64,000 bases of DNA from an uncultured bacterium (lineage in GTDB: Bacteria > Actinomycetota > Actinomycetes > S36-B12). The translations under genes were made by a program, and so were the position numbers. Of this stretch, positions 8,460 to 19,794 are shown piece after piece (position 1 is the first letter of the stretch; the number at the start of each line of letters is the position of its first letter). The notes below the pieces were generated by a model. That model saw only the letters and a list, made by a program, of their open reading frames with translations. It was not told the DNA's origin and ran no database searches. The stretch lies in NCBI GenBank assembly GCA_963700255.1, contig CAVOWW010000020.1, forward strand, positions 3,917 through 67,916, written 5' to 3'.

Positions 8460-9572
8460 ATGTCCGACTGGACTCCGACGCAGGCACGAGCCGCACGGCT
8501 GCGCAGCCTGCTGCTCGGGTCGCATCAGTGGCGAAGTGCCGACGAGGTCGTCACGTGGTTCGGCGCCATGCAGGCGCAGGACCTCGCCAGTGCGCTGTGG
8601 TCGTTGGGGCTGCGCCTGCCAGGATCCACCGAGAGAGACATGCTCACGGCACTGGAACAGCGCCGGATCCTGCGTACCTGGCCGATGCGCGGCACCATCC
8701 ACCTCGTCCCCGCCGAGGATGCCCACTGGATGCTCAACCTCATGGGCAGCACCATGATGGCCACCAGCCATCGTCGACGCGAGAACCTGGGCCTGACGCA
8801 GGAGGACACGGACCAGGCGACGGCCGCCCTGGCCGACGCCCTTTCCGGCAGCCGCCGTCTCACGCGATCGCAGGCGCTGTCGACGATCAACGACGCGGGC
8901 GTCACCACGGAGGGGCAGCGGGGCTACCACCTGCTCTGGTACGCCGCCCTGACCGGCGTCACGTGCATCGGCCCGCAGGTCGAAGGCGAGCAGACGTTCG
9001 TGCTGCTGGACGAATGGGTCGCCAACCCACGCCGACTCGACGCACGCGAGGCGGCCGCCGAGCTCGCCTACCGGTACTTCCGCAGCCACGGGCCGGCCCC
9101 GGGGTCGGACTTCGCCGGCTGGACCGGGCTCGGGCTTCGCATCACACGCACCGCCGTGAGCGACAACGCCGGCCGGCTCACGTCCATCACGGTCGGTGGC
9201 GAGGAGATGTGGCTGTGCACCGAGCTCGCCGACGACCCCGACGCGGTCCGACCACAGCGCCGGACGGTCGCGCTGCCGGGTTTCGACGAGCTCATCCTGG
9301 GCTTCAAGGACCGACGCCTGCACATCCCCGAGGGCCGATTCGACGACATCGTCCCGGGCGGCAATGGAATCTTCCGGCCCACGATCGTGTCCGACGGCAT
9401 CGTGCGGGCGACGTGGAGGCGGACCATGAAGGCCGCCTCCGTCGCGATCACGGTCGAGGCCTTCGAGCCGATGACCACGGCCGGCCGAGCGAGCCTGGAC
9501 CGGGCCTTCCGCGAGTACGGGTCCTACCTCGGCAGGCGACCCGACGTGACGGTGATCGACCCCGCCGCCTGA
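8460..9572 (+). CDS. Winged-helix DNA glycosylase YcaQ/AlkZ-like (HTH_42 family)
   Basis: 370 aa. The N-terminus ...DEVVTWFGAMQAQD... and RTWPMRGTIHLVP are characteristic of the YcaQ/DUF1006 family. It starts 2 nt after the cupin stop. Confidence 0.75.
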   Translation: MSDWTPTQARAARLRSLLLGSHQWRSADEVVTWFGAMQAQDLASALWSLGLRLPGSTERDMLTALEQRRILRTWPMRGTIHLVPAEDAHWMLNLMGSTMMATSHRRRENLGLTQEDTDQATAALADALSGSRRLTRSQALSTINDAGVTTEGQRGYHLLWYAALTGVTCIGPQVEGEQTFVLLDEWVANPRRLDAREAAAELAYRYFRSHGPAPGSDFAGWTGLGLRITRTAVSDNAGRLTSITVGGEEMWLCTELADDPDAVRPQRRTVALPGFDELILGFKDRRLHIPEGRFDDIVPGGNGIFRPTIVSDGIVRATWRRTMKAASVAITVEAFEPMTTAGRASLDRAFREYGSYLGRRPDVTVIDPAA

Positions 9573-9584
9573 CGCCAGCTCGTT

Positions 9585-9640
9585 GAGTGCGTAGCTGCGG
9601 CCCGTCTGACCCGTGCCGAACGGGCCGCAGCTACGCACTC
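9585..9640. terminator. Bidirectional 21-bp perfect hairpin between YcaQ-like gene and asd
   Basis: gagtgcgtagctgcggcccgt (9585-9605) pairs with acgggccgcagctacgcactc (9620-9640), with a 14-nt loop. Confidence 0.7.
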
Positions 9641-9648
9641 GGCAAGGG

Positions 9649-11969
<2,321 letters not shown>

Positions 11970-11974
11970 GACCG

Positions 11975-13405
11975 ATGAGTCTACCCGGCACGAAGAACAC
12001 GCTTACACACGGCGTTTTGCCGTGCTTCGATAGCCGGGTGGACCGCCGCACCCTGCTTCGAGCCGCCCTGCTGGGGGCCGCCGTGACAGCCCTGCCCGCG
12101 CGGCCCGCGGTGGCTGGGACGCCCAGGACGGTTCCCCGCCCCACCGGCGCCCTGGTCACGCGCTGGGATACCGATCCCTGGGCCCGCGGCGCCTACTCGG
12201 CGCTGCCGCCCGGGGTCTCCCCACGCGTCCGCCGGACCCTGGCCGATGCCGTCCTCGGCGGACGGATCGTGCTCGCAGGCGAGTACGCCAGCCCGGGGCG
12301 GCCATCGACGACGACCGGAGCACACGACTCGGGCCGCGCGGCAGGACGCCTGATCGCGGAGACGGCCCAGCCGAGCACGGTCCTCGTCATCGGTGCCGGG
12401 CTCGCGGGGGCTACGGCGGCCGCCGACCTGGCGGCCCGCGGCGTCGACGTGGTGGTGCTCGAGGCCCGCGACCGCGTCGGCGGGCGAATCCGCACCGATC
12501 GCTCGTGGGGGGTGCCGATCGAGCTCGGTGCATCGTGGATCCACGGCCTTCGGGGGAACTCGATGGTGCCGCTGGCGTCGCGGGCCGGGCTCCGCCTCGC
12601 CCCGACCGACTTCGAGGATGCCGTCGCGCGTGACACCCTCACCGGGCGCCGCTCGCCCGCGGCCGAACGCCGGTGGGGCCGGCTCGACGCCCTGCTGTCC
12701 CGACTGTCCGAGTCCGCCGGGCCGCGCAGGCAGGACGTCGGCTCCTGGCTGACCGACCAGGGGTGGAGCGACGGACGCCTGGACGCCTGGGCGGCGCAGG
12801 TCGAGGTCACCCAGGAGTACGGCCGCGACCCGGATCTGCTCGGGGTGCGTGCCGCGCAGGAAGGTGACGAGTACCGCGGCGGAGACTCGATGGTGGTGGG
12901 CGGCTACGCCCGGATCCCCGAGACCCTGCTCGACGGGCTCGAGGTGCGGCTCGGATCGCCCGTGGCCCAGGTCGTCGCCGACGGTTCGGGCGTCGACGTC
13001 ACCCTGGTGGACGGATCGGTGCAGCGCGCCGACGCGGCAGTCGTCGCGGTGCCGCTGGAGGTGCTGCGCGTCGGGGCGCTGACCGTCAGCCCGATGCCGC
13101 GCGACGTGCGGGCCGCACTCGACCGGCTCCGCACGGGTGACCTCGAGAAGGTCGTGCTGCGCTACGCCGAGCCGTGGTGGGGTGACCACCAGGTGATCGG
13201 CGTGGTCGGCGGCGGTGCCCCGGGCGCGCCCGCAGGGACCTCGGCGGCGCTGAGATGGACGGAGTTCTATCCCCTGACCGACATCGTCGGCGAGCCCGCG
13301 ATCATGGCACTGTCGGGAGGTTCGGCTGCGCGCCGGCGTCCGCGGTCCGACGCCGCCTGCGCGGCCGAGGCAGCAGCGGCCCTGGCGGCCGCCTTCTCCC
13401 GCTAG
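11975..13405 (+). CDS. TAT-signal flavin-dependent amine oxidase with permuted domain order
   Basis: It has a twin-arginine signal [14 protein letters not shown], GxGxxG ([12 protein letters not shown]) and [10 protein letters not shown]. The canonical C-terminal block W..DP..RGAYS...AGE...GA..SG precedes the GxGxxG. A more likely start is GTG 12038, since the ATG at 11975 lies only 5 nt from the divergent ask start. Confidence 0.8.
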   Translation: MSLPGTKNTLTHGVLPCFDSRVDRRTLLRAALLGAAVTALPARPAVAGTPRTVPRPTGALVTRWDTDPWARGAYSALPPGVSPRVRRTLADAVLGGRIVLAGEYASPGRPSTTTGAHDSGRAAGRLIAETAQPSTVLVIGAGLAGATAAADLAARGVDVVVLEARDRVGGRIRTDRSWGVPIELGASWIHGLRGNSMVPLASRAGLRLAPTDFEDAVARDTLTGRRSPAAERRWGRLDALLSRLSESAGPRRQDVGSWLTDQGWSDGRLDAWAAQVEVTQEYGRDPDLLGVRAAQEGDEYRGGDSMVVGGYARIPETLLDGLEVRLGSPVAQVVADGSGVDVTLVDGSVQRADAAVVAVPLEVLRVGALTVSPMPRDVRAALDRLRTGDLEKVVLRYAEPWWGDHQVIGVVGGGAPGAPAGTSAALRWTEFYPLTDIVGEPAIMALSGGSAARRRPRSDAACAAEAAAALAAAFSR

Positions 13406-13995
13406 ACCCGGCGACGGCCCTCGAACGCCCGACCCAGGGTGACCTCGTCGGCGTACTCGAGGTCGCCGCCGACGGGAAGCCCGCTGGCCAGCCGCGACAC
13501 GGCGACGCCGAGGGGGCTGATCATGCGGGCGAGGTAGGTGGCCGTCGCCTCGCCCTCGAGGTTCGGGTCCGTGGCCAGGATGACCTCGGTGATCGCTCCG
13601 TCCGACAGCCGGGCGATGAGCTCGCGGATCCGCAGGTCGTCCGGACCGATGCCCTCGATCGGGCTGATCGCTCCTCCGAGGATGTGGTACCGGCCGCGGA
13701 ACTCACGGGTCTTCTCGATCGCGACGACGTCCTTGGGCTCCTCGACGACGCACAGCACCGTGAGGTCGCGCCGGGCGTCGAGGCAGATCCGGCACTGCTC
13801 CTGCTCGGCGACGTTGCCGCAGATGCTGCAGAAGCGCACCTTCTCCTTGACCTCGCGCATGACGTTGGCCAGCCGCAGCACGTCGGCAGGCTCGGCGGCG
13901 AGGATGTGGAAGGCGATGCGCTGCGCACTCTTCGGACCGATGCCGGGAAGCCGGCCCAGCTCGTCGATGAGGTCCTGGACGATTCCCTCATACAT
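13402..13995 (-). CDS. recR: Recombination protein RecR
   Basis: 197 aa with [11 protein letters not shown] (HhH), a C4 zinc finger CSICGN...CRIC, and a Toprim domain. Confidence 0.95.
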   Translation of the reverse strand: MYEGIVQDLIDELGRLPGIGPKSAQRIAFHILAAEPADVLRLANVMREVKEKVRFCSICGNVAEQEQCRICLDARRDLTVLCVVEEPKDVVAIEKTREFRGRYHILGGAISPIEGIGPDDLRIRELIARLSDGAITEVILATDPNLEGEATATYLARMISPLGVAVSRLASGLPVGGDLEYADEVTLGRAFEGRRRV

Positions 13996-14016
13996 CAGCG
14001 GGCGTCACTCTCGTCA

Positions 14017-15901
14017 TCAGTGCTCGATCTCCCCGATCTGGGTGGCGCCGAGCTCGCGCACGGCCAGGTCGACGCCGACGGCGCCGTCGGCGTTGTCATC
14101 GTCGAGGCTGGGAGCGTCAGGCTCCGTGGCGACCGGAGCGGGAGCCGCCGCCGCAGCGGCGGTCGTTCCGCTCGGAGAGGCGCTCGACGCCGACCCACCG
14201 GCTCGGTCCGGAGCCAGGACCGGCTGGACGTCCACGGCCACATGCATGACCGCGATGATCGACTCCCGCAGGAGGACGTCGTGCTTGCTGTCCTGGATGT
14301 TCCTCAGCTTGCCGGGATCCCCGACCGCGACGGCGAGGACGCCGTTGGCCAGCGACATCGGCGTGGAGGGCATGAACGCTGCCCAGGCCATCTTCCGCTT
14401 CGAGTTGAGCGCGTCGAGGACGGCCGGCCACATCGACACGAACTGGTCGAGTCCGACTCCGGGTTCCGCGACCACAGGTTCAGCGACCACAGGTTCCGCT
14501 GGCGCGGCGGGCTCAGGCGAGGGAGAAGGCGCTGGCGAGGGCACCGGCCCGGGGGCCGGTGGTGGCACGGCCGCGCTCGCCGCCGGGGGCTTCGGCGCCG
14601 ATGCCGCCGTGGTGGGCGCCACCTCGGACAGCCGCTTCGGCGGGACGGGCACCACGGGCGGCTCAGCGTGCGGGGCAGCGGCCTGAGCCGACGATGCGGC
14701 CGGGGACGGAGCCGCAGGCGACGGGGCGTGCACGGGTGCCGCGGCCATGCGTCGCTCGATCTGGTCGAGCCGCGCCCGGGTCGCGGCCTCGTCCGCATCC
14801 GACGCGGGCAGGAGGAGTCGGGCAACCATGAGCTCGAGATGGAGCCGGGGCGCCGTCGCCCCGCGGAGCTCGCTCAGTGCCGTGCTCGTGACATCAGCTG
14901 CGCGCGTGAGCTCGGCCGGGCCGAAGAGGTTGGCCTGCTCGATCTCGCGGGCGACCTGGTCCTCGGGGGCGTCGATCAGCCCGAGCTCCACGGCGTTCGG
15001 CACGTTGTGCAGGACGATCAGGTCGCGGAACCGCTCGAGGAGATCGGTGACGAACCGGCGCGGATCATGCCCGGCGTCGATGACCTGGTCGATGACCGTG
15101 AACAGTCCGGCACCGTCGTGCGCGGCCAAGTGCGTCGATGGTGGCGTCGAGGAGGGTGGCGTCGGTCATGCCCAGCTGCGCGACGGCCTCCGCATACGTC
15201 ACCCCGTCGGGGCCTGAGCCGGAGATGACCTGCCCGAGCACCGACAGCGAGTCGCGGACGCTGCCCGCCCCTGCCCGCGCCACGAGAGCGAGCGCAGCCG
15301 GCTCGGCCGCAACTCCCTCCTCCTCGCAGATGTGGGCGAGATGCTGCTGCAGGGTCTTGGACGGCACCAGCCGGAACGTGTAGTTGTGCGTGCGGGAGCG
15401 GATGGTCGGCAGGACCTTCTCCGCCTCGGTCGTGGCGAACACGAAGCGCACGTGCTCCGGTGGCTCCTCGACGAGCTTGAGCAGGGCGTTGAAGCCCGCG
15501 GTCGTCACCATATGCGCCTCGTCGATGATGTAGACCTTGTAGCGCGACGATGCCGGCGCGAACATGGCCCGCTCGCGCAGGTCGCGGGTGTCCTCCACGC
15601 CGCCGTGGCTGGCGGCATCGAGCTCGATGACATCGAGCGAGCCTGGCCCGTTCGCCGCGAGGTCGGTGCAGCTCTGGCAGACCCCGCACGGATCCGGAGT
15701 GGGCCCCTGCTCGCAGTTCAGTGAGCGGGCGAGGATGCGCGCCGTGGACGTCTTGCCGCAGCCCCGGGGGCCGGAGAACAGGTACGCGTGGTGCACCCGG
15801 TCGTTCTGGAGGGCCCGACGCAGCGGTCCGGTCACATGGTCCTGGCCGACGACGTCGTCGAGCTTCGCCGGGCGGTAGGTGCGGTACAGGGCCATGGACA
15901 C
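14017..15901 (-). pseudogene. dnaX: DNA polymerase III subunit gamma/tau, single-base frame break near 15125-15130 (probably an assembly error)
   Basis: The N-terminal ORF 15065..15901 carries GPRGCGKTS, zinc-module cysteines and the SRC motif IRSRT. The C-terminal ORF 14017..15129 carries a Pro/Ala-rich linker and a conserved acidic end ...RELGATQIGEIEH. The two join cleanly as ...DATIDAL|AAHDGAGLF. The span is 1885 nt (1 mod 3). Confidence 0.9.
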
Positions 15902-15905
15902 GACG

Positions 15906-16298
15906 TCACCCTACGACCTGGATCTCACACCTCGGGCCGGTCGCCGATGCCAGCCGACGGTCGAGGGTCACGAGGGGGCAGGCAAGCGCCTCAGCAAGGG
16001 CAACGTAGAAGGCGTCCCACGAGCGCACGTAGTCGCGCAGTTCCCAGACGCGATCGACGAACGGGTGGAGCGAGAAGCGCTCACCTGGCCACTGGATCAG
16101 GGCTGTGACCGCGAGCTGGGAGGCAGTCCCGTCCAGGGCCTCGTGGAGGAGGTCCCGGCGGATCAGGCCGACCACCTCGGCATCGAGGAGCTGCGGGGCC
16201 GCCTGATCGCCGTCGCTGGCGAGGGCCGCGCGGGCCGCGCCGGCATGGCGCCCGTTCGTGATGACCTCGTACAGCACCGATGCATCAATGACGAGCAT
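15906..16298 (-). CDS. vapC: Type II toxin VapC (PIN domain ribonuclease)
   Basis: 130 aa starting MLVIDASVLYE, with further acidic residues (…LLDAE…, …WDAFYVALA…) consistent with a PIN domain. It is the true CDS inside the 239-aa ORF 15906..16625. Confidence 0.8.
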   Translation of the reverse strand: MLVIDASVLYEVITNGRHAGAARAALASDGDQAAPQLLDAEVVGLIRRDLLHEALDGTASQLAVTALIQWPGERFSLHPFVDRVWELRDYVRSWDAFYVALAEALACPLVTLDRRLASATGPRCEIQVVG

Positions 16299-16530
16299 GC
16301 GGCCACTCACCGCGGAGGCCGTCGAGGGCCTCCACCACGTCGCTGCTCCGCACCGGCGCGCCGCTCCTGTCGATGCGGTGCAGCCACTCGACCATGCTCG
16401 GACGGCGCGCGATGCGCTCGGCCTCCTGACGCAGGAACTCCGGAACACTGACGCCGAGCTCGGCCGCTCGCAGGGCGAGGCCGCGGTAGGTGTCGTCGTC
16501 CAGGTCTCGGATCTGCACGGTCTTGGACAT
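16285..16530 (-). CDS. vapB: Type II antitoxin (ribbon-helix-helix, FitA/VapB-like)
   Basis: 81 aa starting MSKTVQIRDLDDDTYRGLALRAAELGVSVPEFLR. It overlaps vapC by 14 nt. Confidence 0.75.
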   Translation of the reverse strand: MSKTVQIRDLDDDTYRGLALRAAELGVSVPEFLRQEAERIARRPSMVEWLHRIDRSGAPVRSSDVVEALDGLRGEWPHARH

Positions 16531-16607
16531 GCCCCGACCGTAGCATGCGACTCTGCACCAGCACATGCGTACTTGCATGCGTGAGCGCCGTCAACTGCTG
16601 ATGCCCA

Positions 16608-16712
16608 TGAAGGGACCCCCCGCACACCCGTCAGAGCACGCTTATCCTTGCTGCCTTCCGGCCCTGGGGAGGTTCACGCGATGACGCCGCACGAGGGGTC
16701 GGGCCAACTGTA
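16608..16712 (-). ncRNA. ffs: Signal recognition particle RNA (small bacterial type); ends approximate
   Basis: The minus strand reads ...CCCCAGGGCCGGAAGGCAGCAAGGAUAAG..., the universal domain IV motif with a GGAA tetraloop. The flanks gacccc...ggggtc can pair. A TACAGT -10-like box lies just upstream. It occupies the expected position upstream of dnaX. Confidence 0.7.
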
Positions 16713-16782
16713 CGCGGTGCCCGGTGGTCGCCCGTAGAGGGCGGCTCGTGGTCGGGGCGTTCCGCCGTATAGCCTCCTCCGG

Positions 16783-16867
16783 GGAGGATTCGCATAGTGG
16801 CCTAGTGCGCACGCTTGGAAAGCGTGTTGGGAGCAATCCCTCAGGGGTTCAAATCCCCTATCCTCCG
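16783..16867 (+). tRNA. tRNA-Ser (anticodon GGA)
   Basis: Acceptor arms ggaggat/atcctcc pair, the anticodon stem-loop is cacgc-ttGGAaa-gcgtg, and there is a long variable arm. Confidence 0.92.
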
Positions 16868-16890
16868 CGCTCCCGCCTCGGTGCGGGCTG

Positions 16891-16930
16891 ACGGGACTCC
16901 GCCCTCGGGCGGGGTCCCGTTCTCGTTTGC
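16891..16930 (+). terminator. Hairpin plus T-rich tail after tRNA-Ser(GGA)
   Basis: acgggactccgcc pairs with ggcggggtcccgt and is followed by tctcgtttg. Confidence 0.6.
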
Positions 16931-16966
16931 CGCCTCTGCTGGTTCGCGGGCTGCGATAGTCCGCAC

Positions 16967-18148
16967 GTGACCGAAGCGGATCCCGCTGCCCGGAGGGCCG
17001 GCGCCGTCGCCTACGCCGCCCAGGGGCTGTGCTTCGCCGCGCTCGTCACCCGCATCCCGACGATCCAGTCGACCTTCTCCCTGCAGGAGGGGCAGCTCGC
17101 CCTCCTCCTCGGACTCGTCCCCATCGTCGCCGGCCTCGGGAGCATCGCGGCCGGTGCCGCACTCGCCCGCGTCGGCAGCGCCGCGGTGCTGCGGGTCCTC
17201 GGGCCGCTCACCCCGATCGCCCTCGTCTGCGTGGGGCTGAGCTCGTCCATGCCCGCGCTCATCGCCTCGCTCGTCGTCGTCGGCTTCGCCCTCGGCGCCG
17301 TGGACGCGGCGATGAACGCCCACGCCTCGGCCGTCGAGCTCACCTACCGACGCAGCCTGATGGGTTCCTTCTTCGCCGTCTTCAGCCTCGCCGGGATCCT
17401 CGGCGCCGCACTGGCAGCAGTCGCCGCCGGGACGGACGTCTCCCTCGCGCTGTTCTTCGGCCTCCTCGCCGTCGTGATCATCCCGGCGCAGCTCATCGTC
17501 GGCCCCCACCTCCTGAGGGGACGCGTCGAGGTCACCGGCCAGGTCGACGACGTGTCGCCCGAGCATCCGAGCCGCGAGAGGTTCGCCGTCCCCTGGCGTC
17601 CGATCATCGTCATCGGCGTGGCCCTCACCTGCGTCTACATCGCCGACTCGGCCGCCTCCAACTGGAGCGCCGTCTACCTGACCGATGCCCTGGGCGCGAG
17701 CGAGTCCATCGCCGCCCTCGCGTACGCCTGCTACGCCCTGACGACGCTGATCGCGCGCATCTTCGTCGACCGCGGGGTCATGGCACGCGGGCCCGTCCGC
17801 CTCGTGCGGCTCGGAGCGCTGGTCGCCGCAGCGGCGGCCCTGGTCATCGCCCTCGCGCCGTCCCCTGCCTGGGGACTCCTCGCGTTCGCCGTCCTCGGCT
17901 TCGGCGCCGCCCCCATCATCCCGTTGGCGTTCACCGCCGCGGCCCAGCACGACCACCTCGGCAGTGGCATCGCCATCGCCCGCGTCAACGTCTTCAACTA
18001 CGTCGGCTTCGTGCTGGGTGCGCCGCTCATCGGGCTCGTCGCCGAGGTGTCGTCACTTCGCTGGGCGTTCGCGCTGCTCATCCCGATCCTGCTGGCGGTG
18101 GTGGCTCTGGCCCCGGCCTTCCGGGTGGAGTCCTACGCCCGAGGGTGA
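16967..18148 (+). CDS. MFS transporter
   Basis: 393 aa with about 12 hydrophobic segments and a two-half organisation around a central loop. Confidence 0.8.
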   Translation: MTEADPAARRAGAVAYAAQGLCFAALVTRIPTIQSTFSLQEGQLALLLGLVPIVAGLGSIAAGAALARVGSAAVLRVLGPLTPIALVCVGLSSSMPALIASLVVVGFALGAVDAAMNAHASAVELTYRRSLMGSFFAVFSLAGILGAALAAVAAGTDVSLALFFGLLAVVIIPAQLIVGPHLLRGRVEVTGQVDDVSPEHPSRERFAVPWRPIIVIGVALTCVYIADSAASNWSAVYLTDALGASESIAALAYACYALTTLIARIFVDRGVMARGPVRLVRLGALVAAAAALVIALAPSPAWGLLAFAVLGFGAAPIIPLAFTAAAQHDHLGSGIAIARVNVFNYVGFVLGAPLIGLVAEVSSLRWAFALLIPILLAVVALAPAFRVESYARG

Positions 18149-18180
18149 TGGCACCGGTGCAGGGCTGTAATCTCTTCCGC

Positions 18181-18270
18181 GGTGGCGTGTCCGAGCGGCC
18201 AAAGGAGCACGCCTCGAAAGCGTGTGTGGGGGCAACCTCACCGTGGGTTCAAATCCCACCGCCACCGCCA
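18181..18270 (+). tRNA. tRNA-Ser (anticodon CGA), CCA encoded
   Basis: Acceptor arms ggtggcg/cgccacc pair, the anticodon stem-loop is cacgc-ctCGAaa-gcgtg, and there is a long variable arm. Confidence 0.92.
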
Positions 18271-18272
18271 GG

Positions 18273-18312
18273 AGTAGGAGAGGGCCCCCGCATGCGGGGG
18301 CCCTCTCCTACT
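18273..18312. terminator. Perfect 40-nt palindrome immediately after tRNA-Ser(CGA)
   Basis: The sequence agtaggagagggcccccgca|tgcgggggccctctcctact has no mismatch. Confidence 0.7.
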
Positions 18313-18471
18313 GGTGTCAGGCAATCTCCGGCGGCGTCTCGCCTCCTCGAGGACGGCGACCTCACCAGATCGCAACGGCCGGCAATCCGGTCTGTCGCAC
18401 TCGCCAACGAGTCCGACGAGCGAAGGCCGTCGACCGCTAGAGCGAGGTCACGAGGCTGCTCGCGTGGCCGT

Positions 18472-19338
18472 CTACCGGGTCGAGCGACGCGCTCGCTCGG
18501 GGTACGTGGTCAGGTGCGAGGGGGGCAAGCGCACGGCAGCACCGGTGCCACCTCCTGTCGCACTCGGGTCAGTGCCGGGCTGCGACGCACATGGCCGCGT
18601 GATCTGCTTGATCCCAGCGATGTCCCCGGGCCCCAGCCTCTTGACGTTGGACAGGATCGGGTACATGACGTCCCGTGGGTCGCCTGAGTGCCCCAGCCCG
18701 AGGGCGTGACCGAGTTCGTGGGTGAACAGGTTCAGCATCTCCTTGTAGGTGGCCTTGCTCAGGTAGTTCGCGTCGAAGAGAACCGAACCCTGGAGGTACT
18801 CGCCGGCTGACCTGTTCACGAGGGTGGGAGCGGCCAGCCCGACGGTGTTGCCCTTGAGCATCGCGACGTCCTTCTCCGGGACGGCCGCGTAGTAGATGTG
18901 GCGGGTGCGTTCGACACCGTCGATCGGGCTGAGGATGCCGTTGGTTGTGTCGTAGGTTGCGGGCACAGTGCCGATTCCCGCGATCGGGATGCCGGTCTCC
19001 GTCTGCCACCGGTATGCGGCCCAGGCCAAGGCCCTGATGGCCATGCGGGTGCGCGTGTCGAAGTCGCCGAACGGGGACGAGAACGACAGAGTGATCGGTT
19101 CCGGACACTTCGCCCAGCCGAAGCCGGAGTCCGCCCCCCTGGCGGAGAACGGTGTCCACGACCCGCTCGCCTGAGCGCCCGCTGCGGTGGTCGTCACGCC
19201 CTGAGGCGACGGTGCCGGCACGTCACCCGTGACGACGGCTGCTGGAGCGAGCGGGGCGATGGCGACCGTTGCTGCTGCCAGTCCCGCCAGCAGCATGGTG
19301 GTCCCCCACCGAAAGCGGATGGGTGCTCGGCGATCCAT
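18472..19338 (-). CDS. Secreted matrixin-like (M10) zinc metalloprotease
   Basis: It carries HELGHALGLGHSGDPRDVMYP (HExxHxxGxxH plus Met-turn) and a signal peptide. The ATG at 19338 is preceded by GAGGAGG. Confidence 0.85.
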   Translation of the reverse strand: MDRRAPIRFRWGTTMLLAGLAAATVAIAPLAPAAVVTGDVPAPSPQGVTTTAAGAQASGSWTPFSARGADSGFGWAKCPEPITLSFSSPFGDFDTRTRMAIRALAWAAYRWQTETGIPIAGIGTVPATYDTTNGILSPIDGVERTRHIYYAAVPEKDVAMLKGNTVGLAAPTLVNRSAGEYLQGSVLFDANYLSKATYKEMLNLFTHELGHALGLGHSGDPRDVMYPILSNVKRLGPGDIAGIKQITRPCASQPGTDPSATGGGTGAAVRLPPSHLTTYPERARRSTR

Positions 19339-19462
19339 GTGCGCCTCCTCGTCGTGGCCTGCACCTCGGTGACCGCTCCAAGGGCCTGCCGGCAGATGGC
19401 CGAACCTCGGTCGCCGGCCCGCTACTCCTTGCCGGAGCAGCGGGCTGGCGTTCCGAGTGTGG

Positions 19463-19738
19463 CTAGGCCTTGGCCTTGCGGCCGGAGACTGCGACGTAGA
19501 TCCACACGAAGATCGCCGCGACGACCACCTCGACGACGAGGCGGATCCAGTCGACTCCAGACGTGTCCTTCCCGCCGAACAGCCCGTAGACGAGGCTGCC
19601 GACGATGGCACCGGCAATGCCCAGGAGGATCGTCATGACGATGCTGACCCCCTTGGTACCGGGGACGATCAGACGCGCGAGCGCGCCGATGATCAGGCCG
19701 GTGACGATGGCCGAGAGGATGGCCCACACGATGTCCAA
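19463..19738 (-). CDS. GlsB/YeaQ/YmgE family stress-response membrane protein
   Basis: 91 aa with three Gly-rich TM segments, starting MDIVWAILSAIVTGLIIGALARL... Confidence 0.85.
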   Translation of the reverse strand: MDIVWAILSAIVTGLIIGALARLIVPGTKGVSIVMTILLGIAGAIVGSLVYGLFGGKDTSGVDWIRLVVEVVVAAIFVWIYVAVSGRKAKA

Positions 19739-19794
19739 CGGAACGCTCCTACGGGGTTGACGGCGTCAGCCGGATGGCTGACATCCTCGGGTGG

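Noticed and set aside
7641-9638. 665-aa ORF on the minus strand
   Set aside because: It is antisense to the methyltransferase, cupin and YcaQ-like genes, which carry recognisable motifs. Its translation is Arg/Gly/Pro/Asp-rich, typical of off-frame reading in high-GC DNA.
13402-13405. Shared palindromic CTAG serving as stop codon for both recR and the amine oxidase
   Set aside because: This is a curiosity. A 4-nt convergent overlap is explained by chance and needs no function.
15125-15130. dnaX frame break as programmed ribosomal frameshifting (gamma/tau)
   Set aside because: There is no slippery A-rich heptamer or stimulatory structure. The break lies within the ATPase/clamp-loader module rather than after domain III.
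13255-15228. 657-aa ORF on the plus strand
   Set aside because: It is antisense to recR and dnaX and is an Arg/Gly-rich shadow ORF.
15906-16625. 239-aa ORF as a single gene
   Set aside because: Only the last 130 aa (from MLVIDASV) form a PIN domain. The upstream part is a read-through overlapping the vapB antitoxin in another frame and the SRP RNA.
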